Source: Nostoc sp. (lineage in GTDB: Bacteria; Cyanobacteriota; Cyanobacteriia; Cyanobacteriales; Nostocaceae). Taken from it: 64,000 nt of DNA. Below are positions 62,589 to 64,000 of this stretch, piece after piece. A program made the position numbers and the translations under genes. The first letter of the stretch is position 1. Every line of letters starts with the position of its first letter. The notes below the pieces were generated by a model. That model saw nothing but the letters and a program-made list of their open reading frames with translations. It had not been told where the DNA came from and searched no databases. Where the stretch lies: NCBI GenBank assembly GCA_036918135.1, contig JBALDB010000069.1, positions 32,001-96,000 on the forward strand. Direction: 5' to 3'.

Positions 62589-63083
62589 TTATGCAGGAAC
62601 AAACTTCAGCGAAACACCATTCATGCAGTAACGTTCGCCAGTTGGTGCGGGGCCATCGTCAAAGACATGACCCAAATGACTACCACAGCGACTACAATGC
62701 ACTTCAGTTCTGGTCATAAAATGCGATTTATCTACAGTAGTGGCGATCGCACCTTCAATAGGTTTAAAAAAGCTAGGCCAGCCAGTACCACTATTAAATT
62801 TGGTATTAGATGTAAATAGTGGCTGTTCGCAAGCAGCACAATAATAAGTCCCTTCATCATATTGCTTATCGAGTGGACTGGTGTGAGCGGGTTCAGTTCC
62901 ATGTTTACGCAATACACGAAACTGTTCTGGCGTTAAAACACTGCGCCACTCTTCCTCAGGTTTGTTAATTTCAAATCTACTGTTAGAAGTTGTCATTTCT
63001 TCTGACCCCCAATTGATATACCTTGATAAAAAGGCTGTGCCGACTATTACTACACTAGCCTCTAAAAAATAGCGTTTGTCCAT
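62589..63083 (-). CDS. msrB: Peptide-methionine (R)-S-oxide reductase
   Basis: [34 protein letters not shown]. Confidence 0.95.
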   Translation of the reverse strand: MDKRYFLEASVVIVGTAFLSRYINWGSEEMTTSNSRFEINKPEEEWRSVLTPEQFRVLRKHGTEPAHTSPLDKQYDEGTYYCAACEQPLFTSNTKFNSGTGWPSFFKPIEGAIATTVDKSHFMTRTEVHCSRCGSHLGHVFDDGPAPTGERYCMNGVSLKFVPA

Positions 63084-63144
63084 ATATCTATTATTTTCTA
63101 TTTTCGCTCTATACAAAATATCAATGAGATCCCTAAACAAAAAC

Positions 63145-63174
63145 AAAGCGCCCCCTTTCCAGGAGGCGCTTTTT
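63145..63174 (-). terminator. psbA terminator
   Basis: AAAGCGCC...GGCGCTTT stem with a T-rich tail on the minus strand. Confidence 0.75.
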
Positions 63175-63193
63175 ATTCAGCTATTACGAAATA

Positions 63194-64000
<807 letters not shown>

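Overview
Chromosomal segment of a cyanobacterium, most likely a filamentous Nostoc-type strain. The evidence is abundant HIP1 GCGATCGC sites, heptamer STRR repeats, psbA, crtQ, txlA and thyD-like genes. Most of the window is housekeeping or Nostocales-typical genes, interleaved with many small palindromic, MITE-like and IS-derived remnants. The standout is a three-gene AT-rich locus at 9716-14652: a Trypco1-like small protein, a trypsin-STAND NTPase, and a multi-TM STAND NTPase whose membrane part carries a GC-rich 12-bp tandem tract that varies almost only non-synonymously. Neither NTPase has a C-terminal sensor domain, which suggests a paired NLR-like sensor/executor conflict system (inference). 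Other notable items: a reverse-transsulfuration operon headed by an internally deleted aminotransferase and followed by an extremely Met/Cys-rich four-helix protein; a CheB gene truncated by nested mobile elements; a HicB pseudogene and a small RHH gene missed by the ORF track; in-frame repeat insertions in a Cu-ATPase and in ModBC; and a small gene flanked by inverted G-rich elements. No rRNA, tRNA or CRISPR array was seen. All family assignments come from motif recognition; no database searches were run.
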